Source: Chiloscyllium plagiosum (taxonomy: Eukaryota). From it: a DNA stretch of 59,604 nucleotides. The stretch lies in contig NC_057718.1 in assembly GCF_004010195.1 (NCBI RefSeq), positions 101,948,197 to 102,007,800 on the forward strand, in the 5' to 3' direction. Within the stretch, counting starts at the first letter, position 1. Each line of letters opens with the position of its first letter. The notes under the pieces were generated by a model, which was given only the letters and a program-made list of their open reading frames with translations, searched no databases and was not told the DNA's origin. Positions 24,945 to 39,094 of the stretch are shown here, one piece after another. A program made the translations under genes and the position numbers.

Positions 24945-25256
24945 TAGAATCCCTACAGTGTGGAAAAAGGCCATTTGGCCCTACAAATCCACATTACCCT
25001 CCAAAGAGTTACCCACCCAGACCCATTCCCCTACGTTTACCCCTGGCTAATACACCTAAAGTACACATCCCTGGACACTATAAGCAATTTCAGCATGGCC
25101 AATCCACCTTAACCAGCACATCTTTGGATTGAGGGAGGAAACCCACACAGACACAGGGAGAATGTGCAAACTCCACACAGTCAGTCGCCTGAGGCTGGAA
25201 CCGAACCTGGGCCCCGGTACTGTGAAGCAGCAGTGCTAACCACTGAGCCAACATGC
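24945..25256 (-). mobile_element. HE1-like SINE
   Basis: Same family as 826-1136. Confidence 0.8.
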
Positions 25257-25971
25257 TTGGTCCTAAATGTCTGCCCCTTATGCTGAGATTCTGCAGTGTG
25301 TTTTAATTCTCTGAGCAATGGAAACATCTTTCAGCGTCTGCACTCTCAGGCCCCTTCAGAACAACAGTTTAATAACCATGAAGGACTGGGGTTCTATAAT
25401 AGAGCTGGAAATTGCTGAATGTATGGAGGCCATGCAGAAAGCTGAGTTAATTAGGGCCAGTCAATGTGGACTTTTAAAGGAATACTAGGGATAGCAGGTC
25501 AGGGAGCACGTGTGGAGAGAGAAACAGAGTTAATGTTTTGACTCTGCTGTGACTCTCCCTCAGAACCCTTGTTTCTGCCCCAAGTAGAGTTAGGAATCTG
25601 GCCTCCATTTCCAATCCCTGCCTTTTTGACTTTCCTCCCCAAACATTGTGGGTTTACTATACAGCACTGTGAGGGGAGGGCAGTGCAGAAACAGGGTAAC
25701 CTCAGGCATAACCTGTGGGGAATCTAGATTTCCATGATTTCAGTTGTTTGTCTCCAGTGGCACTGATGCCCGTATCGAAATTGCACCAGCTAATCCGATG
25801 CACAGCAAGATCCCACTAACAACAAGGAGCTGCGTGTCCTGTTAGTTGAGGCCAAGGCATGTGAGGGTGAGGAGAGGGCTAAGTCCCGTCGTCAATGTTT
25901 TTCCAAGAGCGACTATTGATGGACTCCATCTTCTGTCTGTCTGAGAAAGGTTAGTACCTTATCTGATGCAG

Positions 25972-26490
25972 GTTGGCACAGTGGCTCAGTGCTGCTGCCT
26001 CACAGGGACGCGAGTTCGATTCCAGCCTTAGGTGACTGTCTGTGTGGAGGTTGTATGTCCTCCCTGTGTCTGTGTGGATTATCTCCAGGTGCTCCGGTTT
26101 CTTCCCACAGTCCAAAGATGTGCAGGTTAGGATGTACAAAGTTAAAAATCACACAACACCAGGTTATGGTCCAACAGGTTTAATTGGAAGCACACTAGCT
26201 TTTGGAGCGTCGCTCCTTCATCAAGTGGAGATGGAGGAGCGTCACTCCGAAAGCTAGTGCTTCCAATTAAACCTGTTGGACTATAACCTGGTGTTGTGTG
26301 ATTTTTAACTTTGTACACCCCAGTCCAACATCGGCATCTCCAAATCAGGTTAAGATGGATTGGCCATGCTAAATTACCCCATAGTGTGCAGGGATGTTAA
26401 GTTTAAGCCTGGTCAATGCAGGGTTACTCCAGGGAGCTGGGTCTAGAGGGTATGCCCTTTGGGACTGATTGGGCTGAATGTTGTCATTCT
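25972..26490 (+). mobile_element. HE1-like SINE interrupted by a palindromic cassette
   Basis: Same family; insertion at 26133-26347. Confidence 0.75.
26133..26347. mobile_element. Non-coding palindromic hammerhead cassette, family C, inserted in a SINE
   Basis: Inverted arms 26133-26317; TSD caggtta(g/a)gatg. Confidence 0.85.
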
Positions 26491-27351
26491 GCGCAGTGAG
26501 GTAGTAAGGTCACCGGTGTGCAGCTCAAGCAGAGAGGCAAGAAAGCTGCAGAACCACTCGATGCAGGGATATGTGACCTCAGTCTCAGGCAGTCAGCAGC
26601 AAAGAGCAGGGCTGTGGGTATCTGATCACATCTTGCTACATGTTCCTTTGTTGCATAAAGAGCAAAGCAGCTCTGCCAGGACAGTGAAATATGAGTGAAC
26701 TGACAGGAGACAGCTACAAGCAGCGCAAATAGATTTCTGTTGCATAATAATTTTATTTATGGCTGACATTATTTGTGTGGGTGGAAGGCAATTAGATGAA
26801 CAAAACACATCTCAGTGTTGCCAAGGGAGATTCCCCAGTGACTCGGCAGACAGTTCGATCATCTTGTTGGAGACCCCGGGATTTTAACTCCCCGGGTTGT
26901 GTGGGTTTACAGTTTCGGGGAAGGGCAAACAAATTGAGAAGAACATCAGAAATAGGAGCAGGAGAAGGCATTCCGCCCCGGCTCTGCTACGCACTGTGAT
27001 CATGGCTGATCATAAATTCATGGAATCAAACAGTATAGAAGAGACCTTTTGGCCCATAGGATCTGAGCTGCCAACTGACATTTTACCTCAACTTCACTTT
27101 GCAGTCCTAACCCCAAATCCATTAATTCCCAGAAAACTATTGCTTTCTGTCTTGCTCACTGACTGAGCTGCTGAGGTAGAGCATTTATAGGATTCACCAT
27201 TCAATGTCTCCTTGTCTCAGTCCTAAATAGCTTATACCGATTCTGAGACATTCACCCCATTGCTGTATTAAGGTGGGAAACATGTCAGCCATCTTGTGCA
27301 TAGCAAGCTCCCACAAACAGCAATTCCGTAATCTTCTTAGGGATAGTATCA

Positions 27352-27664
27352 TAGAATCCCTACAGTGTGAGAGCAAGGCCATTTGACCTATTGAGTCTGC
27401 ACTGACCCTCCAAGGAGCATGTAACTTAGACCCCAATCCCCATAACTCTGCATTACACGTGGCTAAGCCACCTAACCTGGATGCAATAAGCATTTTAGTA
27501 TGGCGAACCCCCTGAAACTGCAGGAGGAAACCAGAACAGCCAGAGAAAACTTATGCAGAGACAGGGAGAACATGCAAAGTCCACACAGACTGTCTCTCTT
27601 AGGTGGAACTGAACCCAGGTGCCTGGCACTGTGAGGCAGTAGTGCACCCCACTGAGCCACCATG
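27352..27664 (-). mobile_element. HE1-like SINE, diverged
   Basis: Same family as 826-1136. Confidence 0.7.
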
Positions 27665-28724
27665 TCAGATGGTTTTTGTTTTCGTTTTAATATGAGTTTG
27701 ATCTATGCAGGACTGGAGTGCAAAGTGATAACTGCTGCCTTTTCCCATTCCAGGATTAAACATTGTTGCCTTTCAAAATTCTGGAACTCCCTCCCAAAGG
27801 GCATTGTGTGTCAACTCAGTGCATCTGGACTGCTGTGGTTCAAGAAGGCAGCTCAACCCCCCCTTCTCAAGGGGCAACTAGGGACGGGCAATAAATGTGG
27901 CCCAGCCAGCGATACCCACTCCCCACGGGTAACTAAGAGTGTTTCTGTTCTAAATGAGTTTCTGGACCATTTGTTAAAAAACATTACAATCACAAAACTG
28001 ACCCAATCCAATTTATAGCTTGCAGACCTTTCACCATGAGATCTCTGCTGAGTGCAGAATACCAATGTGGCATGCACTTAAACTCTGACAAACTCACCGT
28101 AATAATTCTGACTTGACACCACTATGACTAGCAAAGTGAGGAAAACCTTGAAGCCATTAAGTCTTGTTTAGATTTTCCTCCCAATTACACAGGTGAAGGG
28201 CCAGTGTTTAGATTGAGCAGTGAATTAATAAATCCCTGGTTGTTGTCAACATTGTAACCTGAACGGTACAAGCTAATCCATCCTCACACTTTGCAGCCGC
28301 TTGTAAGCAGATGCTGTTTTCACTGCTGAGTGCTTCCCATTGGTTTGCCAGAGGTGCTAAACCAGAGCTCAGAAACAAGCAAAAAGGTCCTTCATACCCG
28401 TATTAGACAAACCAACTTTCGCCAGACTTTACACTTTGCTGCAAAGCAAATCAATATTTACAGTTGAAATTTTTAAAAAATTCTAAAATACTGCCTTCAG
28501 TTACGTGGAGGTGGTCACGTAGTGGTGATATCACTGGACTAGCAATCCCAAGCTCCTCCACACTAATGTTCGACAGTCATGGGGTCAGATACCCATCAGG
28601 CAAATGGTGGAATGCAAATTCAATGTTTTTGTTTTGAAAAAGCCATCCCACTAATGACCATGTAACCACTGTCAATCATTGTAAAGCCCAACAGGCTCAC
28701 CGCTGTCCTTCAGGGAAGGAAAGC

Positions 28725-29370
28725 GAATGTAATGTTGTCATTTATCTCAAGAGGGTTGGAATATAAAAGCTGCGATGTGCTTCTGAGACTTCATAAAGCT
28801 CTAGTTAGGCTCCATTTAGAATACTGTGTCCAATTTTGAGCCCCACACCTCAGGAAGGACAGACTGGCACTGGAACGTGTCCAGTGGAGATTCGCATTAA
28901 TGATCCCTGGAATGGTCGGCCTAACATACGATGAATGGCTGAGGATCCTGGGATTGTATTCATTAGAGTTTAGAAGGTTGAGGGAGATCTATTAGAAACT
29001 TACAAGATAATGCATGGCTTAGAAAGGGTGGACGCTGGGCATTTGTTTCCATTAGGCGAGGAGACTAGGACCCGTGGGCACAGCCTTAGAATTAGAGGGG
29101 GTCAATTTAGAACGGAAATGAGGAGACATTTCTTCAGCCAGAGAGTGGCGGGTCTGTGGAATTCATTGCCACGGAGTGCAGTGGAGGCTGGGACGTTAAA
29201 TGTCTTCAAGGCAGAGATTGAAAAAGTCTTGATTTAGGAAGGAATTAAGGGACACGGGGAGAGTGCGGGTAAGTTGAGTTGAAATGCCTATCAGCCATGA
29301 TTAAATGGGGGAGTGGGCTCGATGGGCTGACTGGCCTTACTTCCACTCCTATATCTAATGATCTTATGTT
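28725..29370 (+). mobile_element. CR1-type LINE 3' fragment
   Basis: TRTRGHSLRIRGGQFRTEMRRHFFSQRVAGLWNSLP. Confidence 0.85.
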
Positions 29371-30886
29371 CTTTTGGAAATCTGCCATCCTTACCTGGTC
29401 TGGCCTACATGTGACTCCATACCCAAGGCAATGGGGTTGACTCCTATCTGCCCTCTGGGTATTAAATGCTGCCCACATTCCCTGGCAAATGTTTATAAAG
29501 AGTGTTATCCTCAGAGGAGAAAAGGTTGAGAGGAGATTTGATGGGTCTGGATGATGCAGGCTGTGACATGAGATCCTTAAGGGCATTTGACTAAGGGGAT
29601 GGATTCTGAAAGGACATTTATCCTTGTGAGAAAGACTAGGACTAGGGGACACTCACACAAACAAGTGTATCTTCCATTTCAGAAATGGATGAGGCAGAAA
29701 TATTTTCATTCAGGGGGCCATGAGTCTCTGAAACTCTCTTCCCCACAAAGCGGTAGAGGTGGGGGTCATTGAACATTTTTAAGGTGGAGTAAGATAGATT
29801 CTTGGCCAATGAGGAGGTTATTGGGTTTGGTGGGAATGTGGAGTTGAGGACATAATCAGATCAGCCATGACTTTAATGAATTACAAGTCAGGCTAGAGGG
29901 GCTGAATAGCCTTCGCTTTGTATGCTCAGAGGCAAACATTGAGTAACTCTTCCCATTGGCAGAAATGTCAAAAACCAAAAGACTCTATCAATATGATAAA
30001 TGGCAAAAGAAACCCAATGGCCACAGGAGAAATAACCTTTTCCCTGAATGAACGGTTTAGGATCTGGACTTCCTGAGTATGTGATAGAAACAGAGTCAAT
30101 CCTCGATTTTGAAATGGAATACAATGGTTAGCTTTTAACTTTACTTCTTTATTTTTCTACCTTGTACCTAGGATTTGGTAACTAGGTACCTGGCACCTAA
30201 GATGGCGTTGGGAATGACAACTTTGTACACTTTTCACTCTATTCCTCTACTTGAGCACACCTGAAATAAAATCTAATTCTAATTCTAAGGACTTGTCAGC
30301 CTGTAGGTGGGGCTGTGGGACAAACAGAGATGCTCTTGCAGAAGGCCTACATGGGCTCATTGGGCTGAAGGGTCTCAATTCGTGTTGTAGCCATTGTATT
30401 ATGACTTGGTCACACCCCTCTGGCTAAATCCACAAATCTGTACAAGCTACAGTCATTAAAGGACAGGAGACCCCAAGGTATACATTACCAGATGAGTTAG
30501 GATGCAGAAGCATTGATATGATTTGATTTGTTAGTGTCACATGTATCACGGTACTGTGAAAAGTGCTGTCTTAAGTGCTTTGCAGACAGATTGTACTACA
30601 CAAGTGCATCAGGCTAACAGAACAGAGTGCAAGATAGTGCCAAGAAGGTGCAGAGAGAGAGCAACATTAACATTAAAGAGGTCCATTCAAAAGCAGGGAA
30701 GAAGCTGTTCTTGAATCTGTTTGTACGTGTACACAAACATTTAAATCTTCTGCCAGACAGAAGAGGGTGGAAGAGAGTATAACTGAAGCTTTTGATTACT
30801 GGGCATGTATTTGAGGAGGACTAATTTGACACACTGTAGGGAAATAGCTGGCATCTCTGATTAAATTGGGCAGTGCTCTCAAAGAG

Positions 30887-31062
30887 GAGACAGTGAGGGC
30901 TGCAGATGCTGGAGATCAGAGTTGAGAGTGTGTTGCTGAAAAAGCACAGCAGGTCAGGCAGCATCTGAGGAGCAGGAAAATCGACATTTTCCTGATGAAG
31001 GGCTCTGACCCAAAACATCGATTTTCCTGCCCCTCGGGTGCTGCCTGACCTGCTGTGCTTTT
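30887..31062. repeat. Palindromic PLE-derived cassette, family A
   Basis: Inverted arms 30940-31062; TSD tctcaaagag; CTGATGA at centre with a mutated GAAA. Confidence 0.8.
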
Positions 31063-31732
31063 CTCAAAGAGCCAGGATAGACCTAATGTTTTGAGCCTTT
31101 ACCCCCATTGTGAGATTATACGATTCATCAGCCCAATCAAAGAGGCACCATCTTGCTGGGAAAGGTGAACCCGAATATTAGCAGAGTTCCATGGAATGAA
31201 AGTTTTTCCCAATCCCACTTTGTTACGTGAATCGCTTTACTTCACCTCCATTCCCTCCCTCTCTCCAACTGTTGCTACCTGCTCCTAGGGTAATCTTCTG
31301 CTTGATTCTTCCATGGGATGTGGGTTTCATGGGCAAGGCCAGCAGTTGTTGCCCATCCTTAATTGCCCCTGACCTGAGTGCCTTGCTCAGCTCTTCCAGG
31401 GGGCAGTTAAGCATCAATGACATTGTTGTGGGTCTGGAGTCACATGTTGGTCACATCAGGAAAGATTTCCTCCCTTTTGGGAACATTCTGACCCCAACGG
31501 CCCTTTGTGACTAGATTATGATAGGTTCATGGTCACCATTACTTAAGCTAGCTTTATGTTCCACAACTTGTAAAGACTGGAATTGAAATTTCACTCACTA
31601 CCATGGTGGATTCAAATCTCCACACAACTACCCTGGGCCTCGAGGTTACTGACTCACTGACATTACCACTAACTACGCCATCATTTCTCCAAAAACACAA
31701 TCAGAGATACTCAATGACAGCAGACCCAAGCT

Positions 31733-32053
31733 TTAGATTAGATTAGATTCCCTTCAGTGTGGAAACAGGCCCTTTGGCCCAAATAGTCCACACCGACCCT
31801 CCGAAGAGTAACCCACCCAGACTCATTTCCCTCTGACTAATGCACCTAACACTACAGGCAATTTAGCATGGCCAATTCACCTGACCTGCACATCTTTGGA
31901 CTGTGGGAGGAAACCGTAGCACCCGGAAGAAACCCACGCAGACATGGGGAGAACGTGCAAACCTCACACAGTCAGTCGCCCAAGGCTGGAATCAAACCTG
32001 GGACCCTGGTGCTGTGAGACAGCAGTGCTAACCACTGAGCCACCATGCTGCCC
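31733..32053 (-). mobile_element. HE1-like SINE, near full length
   Basis: Same family; (aatct)n tail on the element strand. Confidence 0.85.
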
Positions 32054-32129
32054 ATAAATAGTGTAAAAGTGTTGCAAGATTGGGCCTCACATGATCACAC
32101 TTTTCCATGCTCCATCAGATATTGACCTT

Positions 32130-33068
32130 CCATTTTCTTCAACCTCACCCCCATCCTCTATCTCCCTCTCCTCCACTTCTCCCTTTTCTCCATCCCCAAA
32201 CCCCCATCTAACCTGTCCTCCATCTCCCTCTCCATCATCTCCCTCTTGNNNNNNNNNNNNNNNNNNNNNNNNNNNNNNNNNNNNNNNNNNNNNNNNNNNN
32301 NNNNNNNNNNNNNNNNNNNNNNNNNNNNNNNNNNNNNNNNNNNNNNNNNNNNNNNNNNNNNNNNNNNNNNNNNNNNNNNNNNNNNNNNNNNNNNNNNNNN
32401 NNNNNNNNNNNNNNNNNNNNNNNNNNNNNNNNNNNNNNNNNNNNNNNNNNNNNNNNNNNNNNNNNNNNNNNNNNNNNNNNNNNNNNNNNNNNNNNNNNNN
32501 NNNNNNNNNNNNNNNNNNNNNNNNNNNNNNNNNNNNNNNNNNNNNNNNNNNNNNNNNNNNNNNNNNNNNNNNNNNNNNNNNNNNNNNNNNNNNNNNNNNN
32601 NNNNNNNNNNNNNNNNNNNNNNNNNNNNNNNNNNNNNNNNNNNNNNNNNNNNNNNNNNNNNNNNNNNNNNNNNNNNNNNNNNNNNNNNNNNNNNNNNNNN
32701 NNNNNNNNNNNNNNNNNNNNNNNNNNNNNNNNNNNNNNNNNNNNNNNNNNNNNNNNNNNNNNNNNNNNNNNNCTCCCCTCCATCTCCTTCTCCTCCATCT
32801 CTCCCTCTCCCATCACCTACATCTCCTGCTCCTTCATCTCACCTCTCCTCCACCTCCCCTCCTCCATCTCCCCCTCCTCCACCTCTACCTCCTTCATCTC
32901 TCCTTCTCCTCCACCTCTCCTCCACCTCCCTATCCTCCATCTCTCCCTCTTCTCCATCTCTCTCACCTCCATCTCCCTTCTCCTCAATCTCCTTCTCCTT
33001 CTCCTTCTCCTCCATCTCCTCTCTCCTCCATCTTCCCTTTCCTCCATCTCTCTTCTCCTCTATCTCTC
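32130..33068. repeat. CT-rich low-complexity tract containing an assembly gap (32249-32772)
   Basis: ctcctccatct-type units on both sides of the N run. Confidence 0.9.
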
Positions 33069-36000
33069 ATTGGTTGTCTGGGAGGATACAACTGAGTCTG
33101 AGGTTTAGCCAGGGTCTTACTGGAAGGAGGTACAGCTTCAGAGAGCTGAATGGCCTAATCCAACATCTTGCTTTTACGTTTCCAAATTAACATCGGGCTT
33201 TTTACTCGGATTTTCAGCTCCTGGTGGTTGTAGGTGGGATGGTCTATCTTGAAATGCACTCTGAGAAGCTGGTGTGTGAGTCAATCACTGGAATAACTCC
33301 AGCACAAGTTCGTTTTGAAGAATAAGTGAATGGTGCTGAAAGCCAGGTTGGTGGAGGGACAGAAATGGCTTTTGTGTGTGTTATGTATAAACATACAAAT
33401 TAGTAATAGGAGTAGGCCACTCAGCCTCTCAAGCCTGCTCCCCCATTCAGTAAGGTCTAGGCAGATCTGATTACTCTGCATTCCTATCTTCCTTTCTTTC
33501 TTTTAGTTCATTCATGGGATGAGGGTGTGACTGGCTGGGCAGCATTTATGACCCATCCCTAATTGCCCAGAGGGCAGTTAAGAGTCAACCACTTTTCTGT
33601 GGCTCTGGAGTCACATGTTGGTCAGACCAGGATGAGGTTGGCAGTTTCCTTCCTTGAAGGACATCAGTGAACCAAATGGGTTTTTCCGGAGAATTGATTC
33701 ACGGTCACCATTAGATTCTTAATTCCAGAGTTTCATTGAATTCAAATACCACTATTTGCCTTGGCAAGGTTTGAACCCAGAACATTACCAGGGTCTCTGA
33801 ATTAACAGCCCAGTGATAACACAACTAGGTCATCGCCTTTTACTCATCACAAAACTACCTAATTCAGCCTTAAAAATATTCATAGAACGTGAGGCTTCCA
33901 TTGCCATTTGGGGGCAAGTCCCAAAGATTCACAACCATCTGTGAGGAATAAAGATCATCTTCCTCTCTGTTTCAAATGGGCCTATGCTGATTTGCAAACA
34001 GTGTCCCCTCATTCTAGATTCTCCCACAAGAGAAAACTTCCTTTCCACATCCACCTGGTCAAAACCCTTCAGGACCTCCAATCCTATACAATGAAAGGAT
34101 GCTTCCCATCAGTGAGCTTTATTTAGAATATCAGTTGTGTGGTCACAGGTACCTGCAACCAACCTCATGCTATTCAAGACACACATCATGTGACACCAGC
34201 CCAATGTATCATTTGCACCTTACTTCTATTCAATGAATAATACAGCACACTGTAAATCACCCTCCTCAGCTGCTCTGAATTAACCATGATGTGGAGGTGC
34301 CCGGGTTAGACTGTGGTGAGCAAGGTCAGAAGTCACATGGCACCCGGGTTATAGTCCAATGGGTTTATTTGAAATGACAAGCTTTTGGAACACTGCTCCT
34401 TCATCAACTCACCTTATGAAGGAGTAGCGCTTCAGAAGCTTGTGATTTCAAATAAACCTGTGTCATGTGACCTCTGGCTCCGAATTAACATCCACTCTGT
34501 CATGACACAGCCTACTCTGTTAATGAATTTTCACCACACTCTAGTAATGATATTACAAATCAAAACACACAATCACACAGAAGCGATCTCTTTCCAATTC
34601 TTGATAATTGTTGATTTTCAATATAAATTCAACAAAAGCCAGTAATGTCCCTATCCCGTGAATGAATAGAAATACTAAAAAAAAGAGCAAATTTAAATAA
34701 AAATTTGGCCCACAGATTTTAAGATCACACGATGAAAATGGTGTCGATTGGTTTTCAAAACCTAGGAAAATGTAAAAATTCTGATCTTACTTTAGCAGAG
34801 AAGGGGTAATAATTGTAGAAGTGTCAGCATGTGAGATTTGTTTGTGAGTTATTTCTGAATCCCATTTCAGATGACATGACACTGAGACCTTGTCTGTTCT
34901 CTCAAGTGGCAGACGGAGGATCCCCTGTGATATTATTTTGAAGACGGACAGGAGAGATCTCTTTGTATCCAGTATTCATTCTTAAACCAACATCAATAAA
35001 GAACCAATTACTTGGTCTTAGTGGGAATCTGCTGTGTGAAAATCATCAGCTGCATTTTCTATATTGCAAAACTAAATATAGTTCAAAATTACATCATTGG
35101 CTGTCAAACACTTTGAGACATCTGAGGTTATAAAAGTGTAGCTGTTGAGATGCAAGGGGTGTGATTTGTATAAATTTTGATATAATTTAATTTAGAGATT
35201 GCATTTTGCAGTAGTGGCATGTGGGTTTGCTCAGTTTTTAATGATTAACTTGCAACTATTTCTGTGGCCATGGTGACTCATTTTAAAACATATAAGAGGA
35301 GGGAGACTCTCTTGAGAGTCATGGGATTTTGTTCTTATTCAGTGAGTTTCAATAATTGTTTAAAGAAACTTTTTTTTTAGTTCTAGGTTTCACGAGTCTT
35401 GGATGAAGCTGGATATGTAAGGCAGTTACTGATGGAGAAGGAGATAGTTTTGAACTCCTGCGAAACAGGTTACCTCAGTGTAAATGAAAGTTCCAGACCA
35501 GAAGTGGTTAGTTAAGCCCAGGAGGAATTATTGGAAATTGAGAAAGCTCAGTTGTATCAAGAATCCAGTAAGAGGCAATCAGATTCTAAAGACTGGAAAT
35601 TAAGCCACAGTTGAATTAAATCCTATGGACAAGGTAGAGAAAGGAATTCTCTCTGGTGTGAGTACTGTAAAGGAGTGCTGTTGGAAATTTTGAGATTGGA
35701 TTTTACTGTCTATTTCAAAATCTTTAATCTTGTGTTATATGCAAAATAGCTTGGTTTATTCTATGGTTTTCTTAATTTCTTCTTGCATCATAAACTTCCA
35801 CTTTATTGTTAAAACCAAATCTGCTAAAGACCACCACATTAAAATCAAATAAGAAGTAAAAAAAATAATTCCATTGAGCCAGATTTCAGCCTGGGATCTA
35901 GCAAATCGAATAATAACATTCAACAACAATGTAAGTTTCTTTCTTTCACATAGCATCTTCAATCTACAGGATGTTTTATATGAAAATTATCAACTACAAT

Positions 36001-37027
36001 TTGACACAAAGTCACAGGAAGAGACAACAGGAGAAGTAATTGAAAGCTTGCTTAAAGAAGGAGGTTTAAACTTTATTAAGGGGGAGAGAGTGGATTAGAA
36101 AGTTTAGAGAGTTTTTTTGGGGTGGGGGTTAAGAAAACTTAGGGCCACAGCAACTGGAGGAATGGCTTCCAAACATGGAGTGAATACATTTGGGATGTGC
36201 AAGAGGTCAGAAATGGTGCAAATATCGCCAAGATTGGAGGAGGTTACAGATTTGGGTGTTCAAGGTCTTTCTTATACTGTATTTGTTACAGCAGTGAACA
36301 ATTCAAAATCTGGATAATTGTAACAGTTAGAAGTCAGTAAATCAGACTTGCAGTTGTTCTCTGGGCACTGAAGTATCTGTTTTCCTTTTGACAATAATTT
36401 CAGACTTTAGAGATGAGTGGGAATACTGCCAAATCTAAAATGGAGACAAATCCCATTAGCAAGTTGTTGATGCAGCCTTACTAACTGAAAGACTATTACA
36501 TTTGTTACTTAGATCGGTAATTGGCTGATTGTAGACAGAATAATTACTGCTCTGTCACAGTCATGAGTTCTTGGCATTTCCAACATTGGAACTTTGGTGC
36601 TGAAAAGTGAAGGGGTTTTGGAGTAGAGGCATAGTTGAAAGAGAATCTGACAGATTTCAAATTTGTTCTGAAATGCCATAGAAAAGCCTTGTATAGAATA
36701 ATTTGTTTTTACACAATTTAATGTCCACCAAAACATTAACAATTTATGTGATATATGTCTTAGCTCTACAGATTTTGGAAAGTAAATGCCATTTGCTTCT
36801 GTGTCTGACATAAAGTTCAGGGTCATGTGGTTAAGTTTGGAAGAAGGGTAAGCAAATGTTGCAGTAATCTTTTGACATTGGGTCAAACATTCCTTTTTTA
36901 TTTAAACATAATAAACAACTATACATACTAGATATTATCAATATACTAGAGATGGGTCTAGGCTTTACCTCCCTCATGAGGCAGCTAGAGTGAATGGTCT
37001 CCTTATAGTCGTATTTACAATAAAAGA

Positions 37028-37312
37028 TGGCATTGCTGCCTTGCAGCACCAGAGACCCAGGTTTGATTCCAGCCTCAGGTGACTGTCTGTGTGGAGTTTG
37101 CACATTCTCCCCGTGTCTGTGTGGGTTTCCTCCGGGTGCCCTGGTTTCCTCCCACAATCCAAAGATGTGCAGGTCAGGCGAATTGGCCAGGCTAAATTGC
37201 CCGTAGTGTTAGGTGCATTACTCAGAGGGAAATGGGTGTGGGTGGGTTACTCGTCGGAGGGGCGGTGTGGACTTGTTGGGCCAAATGGTCTGTTTCTACA
37301 CTGAAGGGAATC
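37028..37312 (+). mobile_element. HE1-like SINE
   Basis: Same family as 826-1136. Confidence 0.8.
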
Positions 37313-38122
37313 TATTCACTACATGAACTCTATCAAAATGTGATTTTTCTTATATTTCACCCCTCTGCAGTTACTTGATTCACAATGTCACCTATTAGGT
37401 TCAGTTCTGCTTAACATTTCTTTATCATTCACGGGATGTGGGCATCCCTGGCTGGGCCAAGACTTGTTACCCATCCTCAGGTGTCCCTTGAGGAGATGCA
37501 TGTTAGCTAACCGCTTGAACAGCTGCGCTCCATCTGATGTAGATATTCCAACAAGACACCTGTTAACTATAGAATCCCAGAACGAAAATATTTAATCTTG
37601 GAAAAAAAATTACACATGTTGTAAAGAATAAACCAGAATATTCTGAAGAGATTAGAAAATGCATCAGTTACTGATTGGATCATTTACTGATGCACTGGTT
37701 TCAGTGGCACAATGGTAGTGTCCCTACCTCTAGACCAGGAGGTCTGCGTTCATGCCCCATCTGATCCAGAGGTGATATTACCATCTCTGAACAGATTGAT
37801 TAGGAAAATATCACAGGTTGGTCACTAAAGGGTATTGATTAGCAAGAGAGAGGGTAGACTGGAGTTTCCATTGAACTGTGAAGGGTAAGTAACAGTTGTG
37901 GATGTCACACTGACTCCAGCTTCCTGTCTTGGTAATTGAAGGGTGGTAGTTTTACGGCTTACAATTTCCAGTGTGGGATCACTGAATCCAAAGCAAAAAC
38001 CCAATCAACCCATCTCATCTGAGCTGGTTATCACCTTCCTCACTTTGGCGTTGGTTTACACATGTATATGAGTGAGAATGTGTAACTCCTCCATCAATTA
38101 TCACCTCCGCCTCTGCTCTTAC

Positions 38123-38298
38123 CTTGTTAACACCATCCGCCATGGCCTGTAAAGTCAACTCACGAGGTCCATCCACGGTTTTACCGTCATCAGTTGGCCC
38201 CCAGCTGGCGCTGTAGATGTCTATAATCTGAGGCATGTGACTGATGGAAGAGGCTTCAATGATGTCAGTCATGAATGGCTGGTCCAGCATGCGAATGC
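38123..38298 (-). CDS. PCSK2: PCSK2 coding exon (~exon 8), [16 protein letters not shown]...[30 protein letters not shown]
   Basis: Lies within ORF 38015..38353; ctacAG acceptor, GTaaga donor; 176 bp. Confidence 0.97.
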
Positions 38299-39094
38299 CT
38301 GTAGAATGTTGAGAGATCATGTGAACGTTTCTGAAAATATCAATACGATTCATCCATGCATCAGAAATGGAGCAATTGTATTTGATTGTTTCTGGACCTT
38401 TTTTTTAATCAATGGAGTGCTGATGCCCATGATGCAATGATAAATGATGACTGCACATGTTCCCCTCTGATTTTGACAGACTGTGTCCCTGTAGATATAA
38501 ATATAACATTGATTTTTAAAAAACTAACAAAATCAACCTTGTTTAATGGTTGCACAGGTTAGCTCAGTTGGCTGGATAGCTGGCTTGTGATACTAACAGT
38601 GTGGGTTCAATTCCTGTACCAGCTGAGGCTACCATGAAGAGTTTGTTTTCTCAACCCCTTGCCTGAGGCATGGTGACCCCCTGGTTAAACCACCACCAGT
38701 TCTCTCTCTAAAGAGAGAAGCCCTACAGTCTGTAAGACCTCAGCAGCTTCACATTTTTTCTCTTAACTGATATGCTTTTATATTAATTTTTATTTTTTTT
38801 AGATGTTTGTTAAGTCTTTATCACTCTTGATTTCAATCATTTGGGATATTTCACTGCTACTGACCATACACCTGGGTGTCAGCAAAAGCAGCCTTTTTAA
38901 AAACATGATTTGAAAAATATCAAATTATGATTATGGACTGTACAGAGGCATTTGGTGTTCAAAGGGATTGGTGTGTCTGGCTTCATAAATCCAAGGAGCA
39001 CAACAGAATTAAACGTTGGAGGTTATGTGCCAAGGGGAGCATTAGAGCCTCAGATTAAGGGATTCTTGGTGCTATTATATAGGACTTTTGGAAA

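Noticed and set aside
26133..26317. MITE or pre-miRNA interpretation of the palindromes
   Set aside because: TSDs are long and variable (about 10-17 bp), arms are asymmetric and hammerhead cores are present, which fits retrotransposition better than cut-and-paste terminal inverted repeats.
32091..33190. Long ORFs of 193-334 aa
   Set aside because: Artefacts of the N gap and CT-rich low complexity.
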